From Candidatus Hydrogenedentota bacterium (GTDB lineage: Bacteria; Hydrogenedentota; Hydrogenedentia; Hydrogenedentales; SLHB01), in NCBI GenBank assembly GCA_045863335.1, contig BTVY01000002.1, positions 192,562 to 256,561 on the forward strand: a stretch of DNA of 64,000 nt, given 5' to 3'. The translations under genes were made by a program, and so were the position numbers. Shown one piece after another: positions 1 to 9,900 of the stretch; the stretch's first letter is position 1, and each line of letters starts with the position of its first letter. Under the pieces are notes generated by a model. That model did not search any database, was not told the DNA's origin, and was given only the letters and a program-made list of their open reading frames with translations.

Positions 1-29
1 CGGTTGGCTGAAGGTCTTACCCCTTTTCG

Positions 30-1181
30 CTACGGCACGTAGTGATACGATTCTCCCCACGTCATCACCAGTACCGGGTACTCCGATTCGAGCAACTGCG
101 GGAGTGTCAGGTGCAGGTATTCGGAGTCGCCCCAATAGGGAACGCGATCCCAGATTTGGTGACCCAACTCGTTCTGGTGACCCAACAACACCAATTTAGG
201 GTCGAACCCGCGTGTAAAACGCATGTGATCGTTCATCCAGCAATTGGACATGACGACATCCACCTTGTGATGTTCGTGGACGCGGTCGATCCACTTGTAA
301 TCTTCCTGGTACTCGGGATAGGGATCGTTGATCTGATCGCCGTTGTGCGCGAAGGACATGCCTTCGGGCGTGAAAACCAATACGACGTTGTTTGGAATGC
401 CGTTGTCCTGGTACTGCTGACCGGGATACACCACGAGGTTCAATTCCTCGGCGCCGTCCTTGATCGTCAGTTGCTGCAGTTCGTGGGCTACGCGCTCCAA
501 GTGGGTGATGCTTGCGTGGATCGGTTCGTCCTTAAACACTTCCTCCGGGGCGACGACCGGCTTGCCGCGATCGACAAAGGCTTGGGCAAATGGCGGGTCC
601 GCGTGGTCCCCGTGACGGTGGCTGATAAACAGCACATCACACTGGTCCGCGATGCGGTTTACGACATCTTCGGATACCGGGAAACCCGGGCTGTCCACCG
701 CGCTCTTTCCCTCCACCGGGTCAACCACCCGAAACCGCTGCACGCCCCGATGAAGGTCGAAACCGAGTGTCACGGACGCAGTGCGGATAATGAACCCATG
801 GTTGTAGAGTTTCCAGATGATGGCGCCCTCCTCGGGCGTGCGCTGTTCGAGTTCATCGGCGAGCCGTTTCAATCGCGTTTGGTAGAACGACTGTACCGCC
901 GCCCGGTTCGGAGCGTATACATCGTGCAATACGGCGTCGAGTAGATAGAGCGCGAGCTTCCGCTCATTCGGTTCCGGGACCTGTGGCGGAACGCGCGTCA
1001 AGGTGGCATCCACCTCGTGCAGCAATGCTTCGGCTTGACGGTCCATATAGGCATTATCATTCTCATCAAGATTCGGGTCCGTCAGCACCGCGGGGGACTC
1101 GGTTTCCTGCGCCAATGCAGTGCAGGCGCACAGCAGAAGTACGAGCGTGCAGTACACGTTGCGATTGCCTCGAATAAACAT
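30..1181 (-). CDS. Secreted metallo-beta-lactamase-fold hydrolase
   Basis: Signal peptide; LYNHGFIIRT..LGFD and SHRHGDH (HxHxDH) motifs; HNGD downstream. Confidence 0.8.
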   Translation of the reverse strand: MFIRGNRNVYCTLVLLLCACTALAQETESPAVLTDPNLDENDNAYMDRQAEALLHEVDATLTRVPPQVPEPNERKLALYLLDAVLHDVYAPNRAAVQSFYQTRLKRLADELEQRTPEEGAIIWKLYNHGFIIRTASVTLGFDLHRGVQRFRVVDPVEGKSAVDSPGFPVSEDVVNRIADQCDVLFISHRHGDHADPPFAQAFVDRGKPVVAPEEVFKDEPIHASITHLERVAHELQQLTIKDGAEELNLVVYPGQQYQDNGIPNNVVLVFTPEGMSFAHNGDQINDPYPEYQEDYKWIDRVHEHHKVDVVMSNCWMNDHMRFTRGFDPKLVLLGHQNELGHQIWDRVPYWGDSEYLHLTLPQLLESEYPVLVMTWGESYHYVP

Positions 1182-1339
1182 GGTGTCTACCTTTCAAATG
1201 GGACTCTGAAGATCGGGGGCGATCCGCCAATTGGCCCGCAGAAATGCTAGCATAGATGCGGCGAGGTAAACGAGGGTCGCGCCGGAGGATTCGTGAGAGC
1301 TCCAAGCTCCCGGCCACAAGGCCGCTCGCCCGTCGGAAA

Positions 1340-2314
1340 ATGGAGATGCCACAACGTATGTCACCGCCACGCTGGACGGCTTCACCGAAACATGGACTCA
1401 CCCAGTGGTACGGTCACGTGCACCTCTTGCGAGACTTGGTGGTTGGCCAATGGTTTGCGGCGCGACGAACAGATGGGACGCTGTTATGGGAACAACGCCA
1501 CCCTCGCGCGAACACCGTACGCGATATCTCCGAAGCGAACGGCGTCATTCTCGCGACAGAGACGCGGTCGGACGGACCTTGGACGGCGGACTTCGGCTGC
1601 TATGCGATATCGCTCGAAACGGGCGAACTTCTTTGGTGCAACCACGGTCGCGGCGCAGGTGGCGGATTGCTACGCATTCTGGATTTCGTGCCGGGGTTCA
1701 CCAACGAATTCCGGGACACCGCCTGCGCCATTCGTGACGGGCAGTGTCTCTGTGAAAGCGGTCGCCTTCTGGATCTGCACTCGGGCGAACCGTTGGGGCA
1801 ACTTTCCAAAAAAGAGGTCGAGGTGATTCGACAAGAGCGTCTGTTGGCCCGCGCGGAACCGCTCTACCACTCCGGCGAGGTCGATCTGCCGGAATTCGGC
1901 CTCCGGCTGTCCAACCATACGCGTGAGGCGGACGGTGGCGTGCGGCGTCAGCGAGGAACTTTACGGCTTGAAGCGTTCGATGGGAACGGGGCGAGTCGAT
2001 GGAACTTCGATATCGCTACAACGAATTACCACATTGACGGCAACTTCTATTCCTATCGATTGGTTCCCCCTTACATCTATCTTGTAGTTTCGGAATCGGC
2101 GCAGCGGAAGGACCATCCGAAACGGCCGCACACGTCACTGCCGAACCCCTCGCCCTATCACATCTTGGTGCTGGACATCCGCAGTGGCGAACTCGTCCAG
2201 GACACGCGCATCCAGAATGCCCCGTGTGAAACCGCGCGCATCGAAGACGTGGACGATACCGGCTTGTTAATCGGTGTGGACGGCAAAACGCTGTTCTACT
2301 TCGACCTCGTCTGA
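1340..2314 (+). CDS. Hypothetical protein, possible PQQ/BamB-like beta-propeller
   Basis: Repeated blade-like motifs (DGTLLW, YAISLETGELLW, LDLHSGE, LDIRSGE); start codon uncertain (1340/1346/1358). Confidence 0.55.
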   Translation: MEMPQRMSPPRWTASPKHGLTQWYGHVHLLRDLVVGQWFAARRTDGTLLWEQRHPRANTVRDISEANGVILATETRSDGPWTADFGCYAISLETGELLWCNHGRGAGGGLLRILDFVPGFTNEFRDTACAIRDGQCLCESGRLLDLHSGEPLGQLSKKEVEVIRQERLLARAEPLYHSGEVDLPEFGLRLSNHTREADGGVRRQRGTLRLEAFDGNGASRWNFDIATTNYHIDGNFYSYRLVPPYIYLVVSESAQRKDHPKRPHTSLPNPSPYHILVLDIRSGELVQDTRIQNAPCETARIEDVDDTGLLIGVDGKTLFYFDLV

Positions 2315-2388
2315 ATTGTTCCACACCCTATCTACGCCGTACCATGCTGCATGACGTAGGAAGAAGATCTTCGAAAGGGGGTTGGGCT

Positions 2389-5300
2389 ATGCGCGTGGGT
2401 GCGTCTGTCGCGGCACTGGTGATCTTCATTGCCTTCTCGGCTACCGCGGAGCAGACTCCGCAGGAACGCTGGGTCGCGCGTTTTGGGCAGCAGGAACCGC
2501 GGGTGGCGAGCGAGGGCGTCTGCGAAGGGGTCGTGGGCGCGCTCCCCGCGTTCACCGTAACGCCGGACCGGCCCGGCACGCGGCTGGTGCGCGTGTCGCT
2601 TCCCTTTCCCCCGGCGAGTCTACCGGTACAGCTTGGCCTTACTGCGCGAACGGGCCAGGAGGAATTCCCGGTTGATCTTCGTATCCTGACACGACATCCG
2701 GGACAGCCCGCGAGCGTGCGGCGGGGTGTCGTGACCTTTCCATATGCCTTCGAGTCGGCGGAACCAGTCGCTTTTTCGTTGGCCCTGCGCGAGGACGTGT
2801 CCCCCACTTCACTTGAGCCAACGCGTGACGGCAACGCCTACCATGTGAAATTCGGTGGCACCGTTATATCCGTCGCGCCGAGCAAAGTGGCGGTCGAAGA
2901 ATCCGACGGTCTATCCTGGAACGCGGAAATAGTCGCACCGTCGATAACGGAACCTAACGAAGGCGCGTTTGAAGTAGTCGAATCGGGCACGCATTACCTC
3001 TGGGTACGTTTGCTGGTTTCCGACCCTGCGTGGCCGCGTATCATTGAGGTGCGGACGGACAGCGAAGGCACGGTGACAATCCAGGCGCATGTGCAGCGCA
3101 TGGCAGAGGGCGATGCGTATGCACCGGAGTTAGGCTGGCGCGTAACGGGTCTGGACGTGCCCCCGTCTGACAAGCATACCTTTGCCGAAGGGAAACCATG
3201 CCGATTGCTGACCCGCGATCAGGCGATGGAAGTGTCGTTTCCGGTTGCCCCGTTGACGCTGAAGGGCGGAGTTTCCGTAGCGAGCGAAGGCGGCGAATCG
3301 CCGATCACTTATCTGCGTTGCAGGGAAGACGACCGAGTACCGTTTCAATGTACCGCGTGGCGTCGAGCCGCTGTTACCGTTGGACCCGCGGGGCACACGC
3401 CGGTAAATGCCTTGCTGGAACCCGATCTGGCTGTGCAGGTCGCGCCGGATGCCTTTGATGCCATTTACGAAATGGGTCTCGCGCCGGACCTGGCGTTGTA
3501 TCCGGTGCTGGACAACGCGCAGGAATTCCATCGCGAAGCGATCGCTTTCAGCGCGTTGCGTGGCGACGATTATGGAAACGTGACGGCGTTCAATCCTGGA
3601 GGCCCGGCGAGTTACTACGGCATGAACCGGCTCAATCATTGTCCCGCCATCTTCGAGGAATCCTACCGTGCATCGAGCGATGCTTTGCGCGAGACGGCCG
3701 TGCTTTGGTGCTCGAACATGTACGACCTGAGCATCTGGTGGGGTGATACGCCGGACTTCGGCGGCACGCGCTACAACGCCGCCGTCGCCGCGGGTGAGAA
3801 GGAGCATGAAGGCGACACGAGTTACCTGTGGCGCACGAACTGGTCGTCCCATTTCTGCACGAAGGGGTACGACGCCTTCTTCTACGCCTACGAAGAAACC
3901 GGCGACCCGCGCATGCTCGCCGCGTTGAACGCGCAGGTGAATTACGCCAACGAGTTCATTCACACCAATACCGGCGAATGCCGGAACATCGGCGACGTGA
4001 CGGATTACATGCGGCTGTTCCGGTTCACCGGCGATTCCATGTACCGCGATGAAGCCTTGCGACTGTTCCGGGAATTGACGGAGAAGTTGTCCACCGGCGA
4101 TCTCTTCGATCAAGGGGGCAAGCCGATTCCCGAGGAACTGCCTTTTATCGATGATGACCAAGCTGGACTCGCCGTTGGCTACGCGAAGCCGTACATCATC
4201 GGCTACGCCCTCGCGGGACTGCCGGATCTACTGCGTGAGTTCCCCGACGAACCGAAGCTGCGCGACGTGGTGCGGGCCGTCGCGGTCTTCATGGCGGAAT
4301 CGCAGGACCCGCTCGGCGGCTGGCGGTACCCGCATCCGCGCAGCAGCGGACTACTGCTCAGTCAGGCGTTGGAGCATGCCACGCAATTGACGCGAGCGGC
4401 TACGGTATTGGAATCTCGCGGCGAGAAGATCGGCAATCTGTTGGACGCCATCGAACGCGTTCTGCAATGCCGTATCGAGGGCTACCGAAGAACGGGAGTC
4501 GTGCTCGGTGGCCTGTCGGGTTGGGAGCGCGCGACGGGCGCTATTCCGGAAGGCAAAACGATTTATGACCTCTATGCGAAGCCGGAGGATCGCGATCTTT
4601 CGCGGGACTACACGGAGGGCAGTATCGGTGTCGGGGGCTCGCCCCCGGAAGGACTCGTGTATTGGGGCGAGGTGTTGCAGTTCTATCTCGCCCACCGGCC
4701 CGCGGAGCGTCTGTTCAATCGAAACGAGCCGCTGCAAACGGTGCTCGCGCGCGTAGACGATCGGCGGTTGCGCCTCACGCCGCAAGACGCGGGCTCGTAT
4801 CTGCGGGTCGAGCATCCTGCGAACCCAGCGGCAGCGTTTACGCTGTGGGCGCCGGAGTGGGCGTCCTTTCCGAATCTCGGATATGGACCGGAGGAACTCG
4901 GCGGCATGCCGCTCGACTGGAAGCGGGATGACCATACGGGCGCGGTGTCCTACACGATCGAGCGTCCGGACGCCACATTCACCGCGCAGTTCACGCCGCA
5001 CATCGATTATCTGGAGTGCGCGTATACGGTCTGGCCGAAGCCGGAAGCAGAGGCTCCGGGGGCCTACGCGGTGGGGCCGTGCCTGCAATTGAAAGGCGGC
5101 GCCTTTGAAGGCGAAGAGGCGGATCTCATGAGCCGCATGTGGTTTCTGTCAGACGACGCTTGGACGTCGCTTGGCTTGTGTGCGAATGGCAATCCGCGAA
5201 ACGTCCAATACGTGAAGGGAAACGACTCGCCAGAGATGTACGGCGCCATGGCGGAGAGTGGATGGAAAACGATTCAAGATCCGCGGCCGGATGTGCCGCT

Positions 5301-6657
5301 CTTGGCCTGCGTAAGCACCGATGGGAAATGGGTAGCCGCGACGGCGACGGAACACGCGAACACCGTCTGCAACAACGCGGGGGCGTCGCATCGGTGCATG
5401 CATTCGCAAGGCCCGATGCCCCTGAATCCAGAGGGGCCGACGACGCAACGGGCAGTCGTGTACCTCTTCCAGGGAACGCTGGCGGATGTCAAAGCGCGGT
5501 ATGCGCGTGATGTTGCGCGTTGGGAGCGAGCGGCGCCATCGACCCCGCAACACGTGGAGCGCACCGCGGACTACGGGGTGCGCGACCTATTGCCTACCTT
5601 CAATGCGCCGCGCGTGCGCCGCATGGACTATTCCCTCGCGTGGGCGAACACGGAAATTCCTTTCACCAGCTGGCGCGAGCAGGCACGCGCCGCGTACCTG
5701 GCAACGCTGCAAACGCCCCCGCCCCGCGCGCCTTTCGCGGCCGAAGTCATTGGCGAGGAGGATCGCGGGTCATACGTGTCCAGAAAACTCGCGATGGACA
5801 TCTCTGCCGACGAACGGGTTAAGGCCTACCTTCTCATTCCGAAAGGCGACGGCCCCTTCCCCGCTATCGTCGCATTGCACGATCACGGAGCACACTTCTC
5901 CATCGGAAAGGAGAAGGTGATTCGGCCCTTCGACGAGCCGGCGGAACGGATCGCCGACGCCGAAGATTGGGTCAAACAATGTTACGGCGGAAACTATATC
6001 GGCGATGAGATGGCAAAGCGCGGGTATGTGGTGTTTGCGACGGACGCCTTGTTCTGGGGCGACCGCGGTCGCTACGGCGGCGTAGAGTACGAAGACCAGC
6101 AAGGGCTCGGCGCGAACATGCTGCAACTCGGCCAATCCTGGGCGGGCACCATCGTGTGGGACGATATCCGCAGCGCGGAGTTTGTGCAGAGCCTGCCGGA
6201 GGTCGACCCCGGCCGCATCGGATGCATGGGCTTGTCCATGGGATCCCACCGCACGTGGAGTCTCGCCGCGGCGACGGACATCGTCAAGGCGGGCGCGGCC
6301 ATCTGCTGGATGGGCGACACGCCCACGTTGACGAGTCCGGGCAATAATCAAACCAAAGGCTACTCGAGCTTCAGCATGATCCATCCCGGCATCAGGGAGA
6401 TCTTGGATTACCCGGACGTAGCATCGATCGCGTGTCCGAAGCCCATGCTGTTCTTCAACGGCACAGAGGATGGACTCTTCCCCGTGCCGGGCGTGGAAGC
6501 GGCGTACATGAAGATGCGGGGCGTGTGGGAATCGCAGAACGCCGGCGATCGGTTGGTCACGAAACTATGGCCCGTGCCGCACGAGTTCAACGCGGAAATG
6601 CAGGCGGAAGCGTTTGATTGGTTGGATCGATGGTTGACGGTGAAACTTACTGATTAA
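2389..6657 (+). CDS. Large secreted multidomain protein: beta domains + (alpha/alpha)-barrel + C-terminal alpha/beta hydrolase (Abhydrolase_7/dienelactone hydrolase-like esterase)
   Basis: Signal peptide after AAAGGGGG RBS; YEETGDPR/FRFTGDSMY toroid repeats; C-terminal ALHDHG, GLSMG nucleophile elbow, EDGLF and PHEF. Confidence 0.75.
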   Translation: MRVGASVAALVIFIAFSATAEQTPQERWVARFGQQEPRVASEGVCEGVVGALPAFTVTPDRPGTRLVRVSLPFPPASLPVQLGLTARTGQEEFPVDLRILTRHPGQPASVRRGVVTFPYAFESAEPVAFSLALREDVSPTSLEPTRDGNAYHVKFGGTVISVAPSKVAVEESDGLSWNAEIVAPSITEPNEGAFEVVESGTHYLWVRLLVSDPAWPRIIEVRTDSEGTVTIQAHVQRMAEGDAYAPELGWRVTGLDVPPSDKHTFAEGKPCRLLTRDQAMEVSFPVAPLTLKGGVSVASEGGESPITYLRCREDDRVPFQCTAWRRAAVTVGPAGHTPVNALLEPDLAVQVAPDAFDAIYEMGLAPDLALYPVLDNAQEFHREAIAFSALRGDDYGNVTAFNPGGPASYYGMNRLNHCPAIFEESYRASSDALRETAVLWCSNMYDLSIWWGDTPDFGGTRYNAAVAAGEKEHEGDTSYLWRTNWSSHFCTKGYDAFFYAYEETGDPRMLAALNAQVNYANEFIHTNTGECRNIGDVTDYMRLFRFTGDSMYRDEALRLFRELTEKLSTGDLFDQGGKPIPEELPFIDDDQAGLAVGYAKPYIIGYALAGLPDLLREFPDEPKLRDVVRAVAVFMAESQDPLGGWRYPHPRSSGLLLSQALEHATQLTRAATVLESRGEKIGNLLDAIERVLQCRIEGYRRTGVVLGGLSGWERATGAIPEGKTIYDLYAKPEDRDLSRDYTEGSIGVGGSPPEGLVYWGEVLQFYLAHRPAERLFNRNEPLQTVLARVDDRRLRLTPQDAGSYLRVEHPANPAAAFTLWAPEWASFPNLGYGPEELGGMPLDWKRDDHTGAVSYTIERPDATFTAQFTPHIDYLECAYTVWPKPEAEAPGAYAVGPCLQLKGGAFEGEEADLMSRMWFLSDDAWTSLGLCANGNPRNVQYVKGNDSPEMYGAMAESGWKTIQDPRPDVPLLACVSTDGKWVAATATEHANTVCNNAGASHRCMHSQGPMPLNPEGPTTQRAVVYLFQGTLADVKARYARDVARWERAAPSTPQHVERTADYGVRDLLPTFNAPRVRRMDYSLAWANTEIPFTSWREQARAAYLATLQTPPPRAPFAAEVIGEEDRGSYVSRKLAMDISADERVKAYLLIPKGDGPFPAIVALHDHGAHFSIGKEKVIRPFDEPAERIADAEDWVKQCYGGNYIGDEMAKRGYVVFATDALFWGDRGRYGGVEYEDQQGLGANMLQLGQSWAGTIVWDDIRSAEFVQSLPEVDPGRIGCMGLSMGSHRTWSLAAATDIVKAGAAICWMGDTPTLTSPGNNQTKGYSSFSMIHPGIREILDYPDVASIACPKPMLFFNGTEDGLFPVPGVEAAYMKMRGVWESQNAGDRLVTKLWPVPHEFNAEMQAEAFDWLDRWLTVKLTD

Positions 6658-6681
6658 TCGTCGACGTCGACCGTTGTGTCC

Positions 6682-6898
6682 AAGATGGGTCCCCGCGTTC
6701 GCGAGGATGACGGTGTGGGGCGATGTGCGGGTTGAGGTTTAATCTTACGTGGTCTCAAGAGCAAGAATACATCGTGAAGGGCGGGTAGGACGCCGCGATG
6801 TCGAAAGCACACACGAAATGGGTCGGAACTTCATAAGAACCAGAGCCGTCATCCTCTGTCACCCTCGCGAAGGCGGGGGGAACGCGGGGACCCATCTT
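6682..6898. repeat. Inverted pair of REP-like palindromic elements
   Basis: AAGATGGGTCCCCGCGTTCGCGAGGATGACGG (6682-6713) is the reverse complement of 6846-6898 except for a 23-nt replacement inside the right copy. Confidence 0.8.
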
Positions 6899-6947
6899 CG
6901 GCCTACAATCGAGCGTTGACCCGTTTGTGCAAACAGGGAGCTATGCC

Positions 6948-9900
6948 ATGTCGTCACATGTTCGACTCACGATTCATATACTCGCCATCCTTGCGGCCTC
7001 CGCGAGCGTGCAGGCTGCGGACGATCCGGCACTGTATGAGCGGCCCTCGGACAACATCGCCCGAGGCAAGCTCTACACCCTCTCCCCCACCCCGGGCTAC
7101 CGTTACTGCACCGATGACGGTGACGCGACGCAACTGACCGACGGCGACTACACGGAGGATTACTTCTGGGCGCAGACGTCGACGGTAGGTTGGCAGCATG
7201 CGAAGCCCGTGGTAATTACAGTGGATTTGGGATCGGACCAGCCGATTCGCGGGGTCTCGTTGCGCACGGCGGCAGGAACCGCGGGCGTGTTCTGGCCGGT
7301 GGGGATCTACATCTTCGTTGCGGGCGAAGATCAAGAGTTCCACTGGATCGGCGATCTGGTGTCCATGAGCGCCGCGCACTCGTCACCGCCGAGTGACGCA
7401 TACGCGACGCATCGGTATTGGACCGATGCTATGCAGACGCATGGACGCTACGTGGCGTTTGCCGTGCTGTCGGAGCCGTATTCCTTCGTGGACGAAGTCG
7501 AGATTTACGCGGGCGATACCGCCTGGACCGAGTCTCCCCTGCCCGGCGAGAGCGTTGGCGACATTCCGGCGTACATGAAGCGGCTGAGCGTTCGGACCTC
7601 CGTAGTACGGCGCATATCCGAAGGTGTGGCGCGAATGCGGGAGGCCGTCGCAGCCTCGACGATTCAGGATTCGGGGAAAAGCGAGCTTAACACGGCGCTA
7701 AGTGAAATTGCTGCCGGGATTGAGGGCATCCCTGCGGATTTGGGTCCTGATTTCCGCGCTGTGCTGCCCTTGAACGATCTGCATGCACGGGTGTTCGCCG
7801 TGCAGGCGCGGTTGTGGGAATCGGCAGGTCACGATGGGTTGACCCTGTGGCAATCGCCCACGTGGGACGCGTTGCCGCATCTCGGTCCCTTGCCTGAATC
7901 AACAGGCGCAAAGATCGATGTCTGGATGATGAACGATGAGTACCGCGCAGGCGCGTTCAATTTGAGCAACGCAACGACGGAGCCCATTCGCGCAACGCTT
8001 GGCTTCGACGGCTTACCGGGCGGGGCGATGCCGTCGTACGTAACGGTCCACAAAGTGGTGTGGACCGACACGAAAACGCTGAACCCGGTAGCCGCGGCCT
8101 TGCCGGAGGCCGAGCGCGGTGCAGAAGGTTACGAGCTGACGATCAAACCCGGATTGACGCAGCAAGTCTGGTTAACCTTCCATCCGGCCGATCTGGAGCC
8201 GGGCGTGCACGAGGGCACGATCGTTGTCGAGGCGAACGGCGTTTCTCCTCTGCGCGTACCAGTGACCTTAGAGATGTTTCCCTTCCGCTTTCCGGACCAG
8301 CCGCGCCTCAACGTAGGCGGATGGGATTACACCGATCAGCCGAGCATGTACATGGTGACGCCCGAGAACCGGGAACCACTCATCGCGCATCTTCGTGAAC
8401 GGTTCGTGGACTCCCCGTGGGCGACGCGGGCCGCACTTCCCTACGGCACGTTCGATCCCTCGGGCGCGATGACGGCGCCGCCGGATACCGCGCATTTCGA
8501 TGCGTGGATCGACCGTTGGCCGGGCGCGGCGCAGTATTGCGTGTTTGCGGCGGTCAGCGAGCATCTCCACTCGATCCCCATGGGCACGCCCGAGTTCAAT
8601 CGCGCGGTGAAGGAGTGGATTGCGTTTTGGGAGGCACACATCAAAGAACGGGGCTTACAACCGGAACAATTCGCCATGCTGCTCTTCGATGAACCGCACG
8701 CGCCGGAACACGATGCCATCATTATCGCGTGGGCGAATGCCTTGCGCGAAGCGAATACGTCTATCCGAATCTGGGAAGATCCAACCTACCGCGAGATCAC
8801 GGAAGCCAACCCAGAGATGCTGGCACTGTGCGACGTGCTGTGTCCGAACCGGCCGATCTTCCTCCGGTGCAGCGATGCGTCGCGGCAACTCTACATCGAC
8901 CAGCGCGATGCCGGGCGCACGCTCGAGTTTTATTCCTGCAGCGGGCCGATGCGCCTGCTTGACCCCTACCTGTACTGCCGCTTGCAGGCGTGGACCTGTT
9001 GGCAGTACGGAGCGACGGCCTCGTACTTCTGGGCATTCGGCGATGACGGACAAGGCTCGTCGTGGAACGAATACGGGGCGGAACGCACCGCCTACACGCC
9101 GGTGTTTCTCGATGGCACGTCGGTCACGGCGGGCAAGCACATGGAAGCGATCCGCGAAAGCGTCGAGGACTACGAGTACCTGGCGATGCTGGGAGAGGCT
9201 ATCGAGAGCGCGACCGATCGAGGGATCGATGCGGCGATCGTCAACGGCGCACGGAAACTTCTGGATGAGGCACCGGAGCGCGTGTGCGCCGCGTACGAGG
9301 CCGACCCGGGATTCTGGTGGAAAGCCGAGTGCGACCGGACGGTGGCGGATATGGTGCGCAGGGAGATTCTGGAAGTCCTGGTGGCGTTGGAATTCTCATC
9401 TCCGCGAAACACCTCCGGCGAAGGCGAGGAACAGACGGATTCCAGCCGCGCTGAGGGGTTACCGCCATTTGGCGCGCACGTGCGGGTGGAACTGGATACG
9501 TACCAGATCCTGGATTCGAGAGAGCTTCTCCGTGGAACCATGGTTCCTTCCTCACCATCTGCATTGACCCAACTCGCCGATGGCCATCCAGATGCAACGG
9601 TGGATCTGTACGTGAGTGCCCTCGGGCCAACAAGACCAGACTGGGCCACAGAGAATATACCCATCAACGAAGTTGGATCCGGCTCCGCTGCAATCACGAT
9701 TCCGGTCCACTCGTTCAACGGCGGTTACTATCGTATGTGGGGACAAATCATGTCTTCGGACAATCTGCTGTCAAAAGGAGACGTGCTCGACAAAAACGGT
9801 AGTGCCGTGACGTTTTGTGTGCCGGAGTTTCGGTCATCTCCGGAAGAAACGCCCGTTGCGAATCCCATTGAGTTCGTTGCCCGGACCGTCAACTCGCTGA

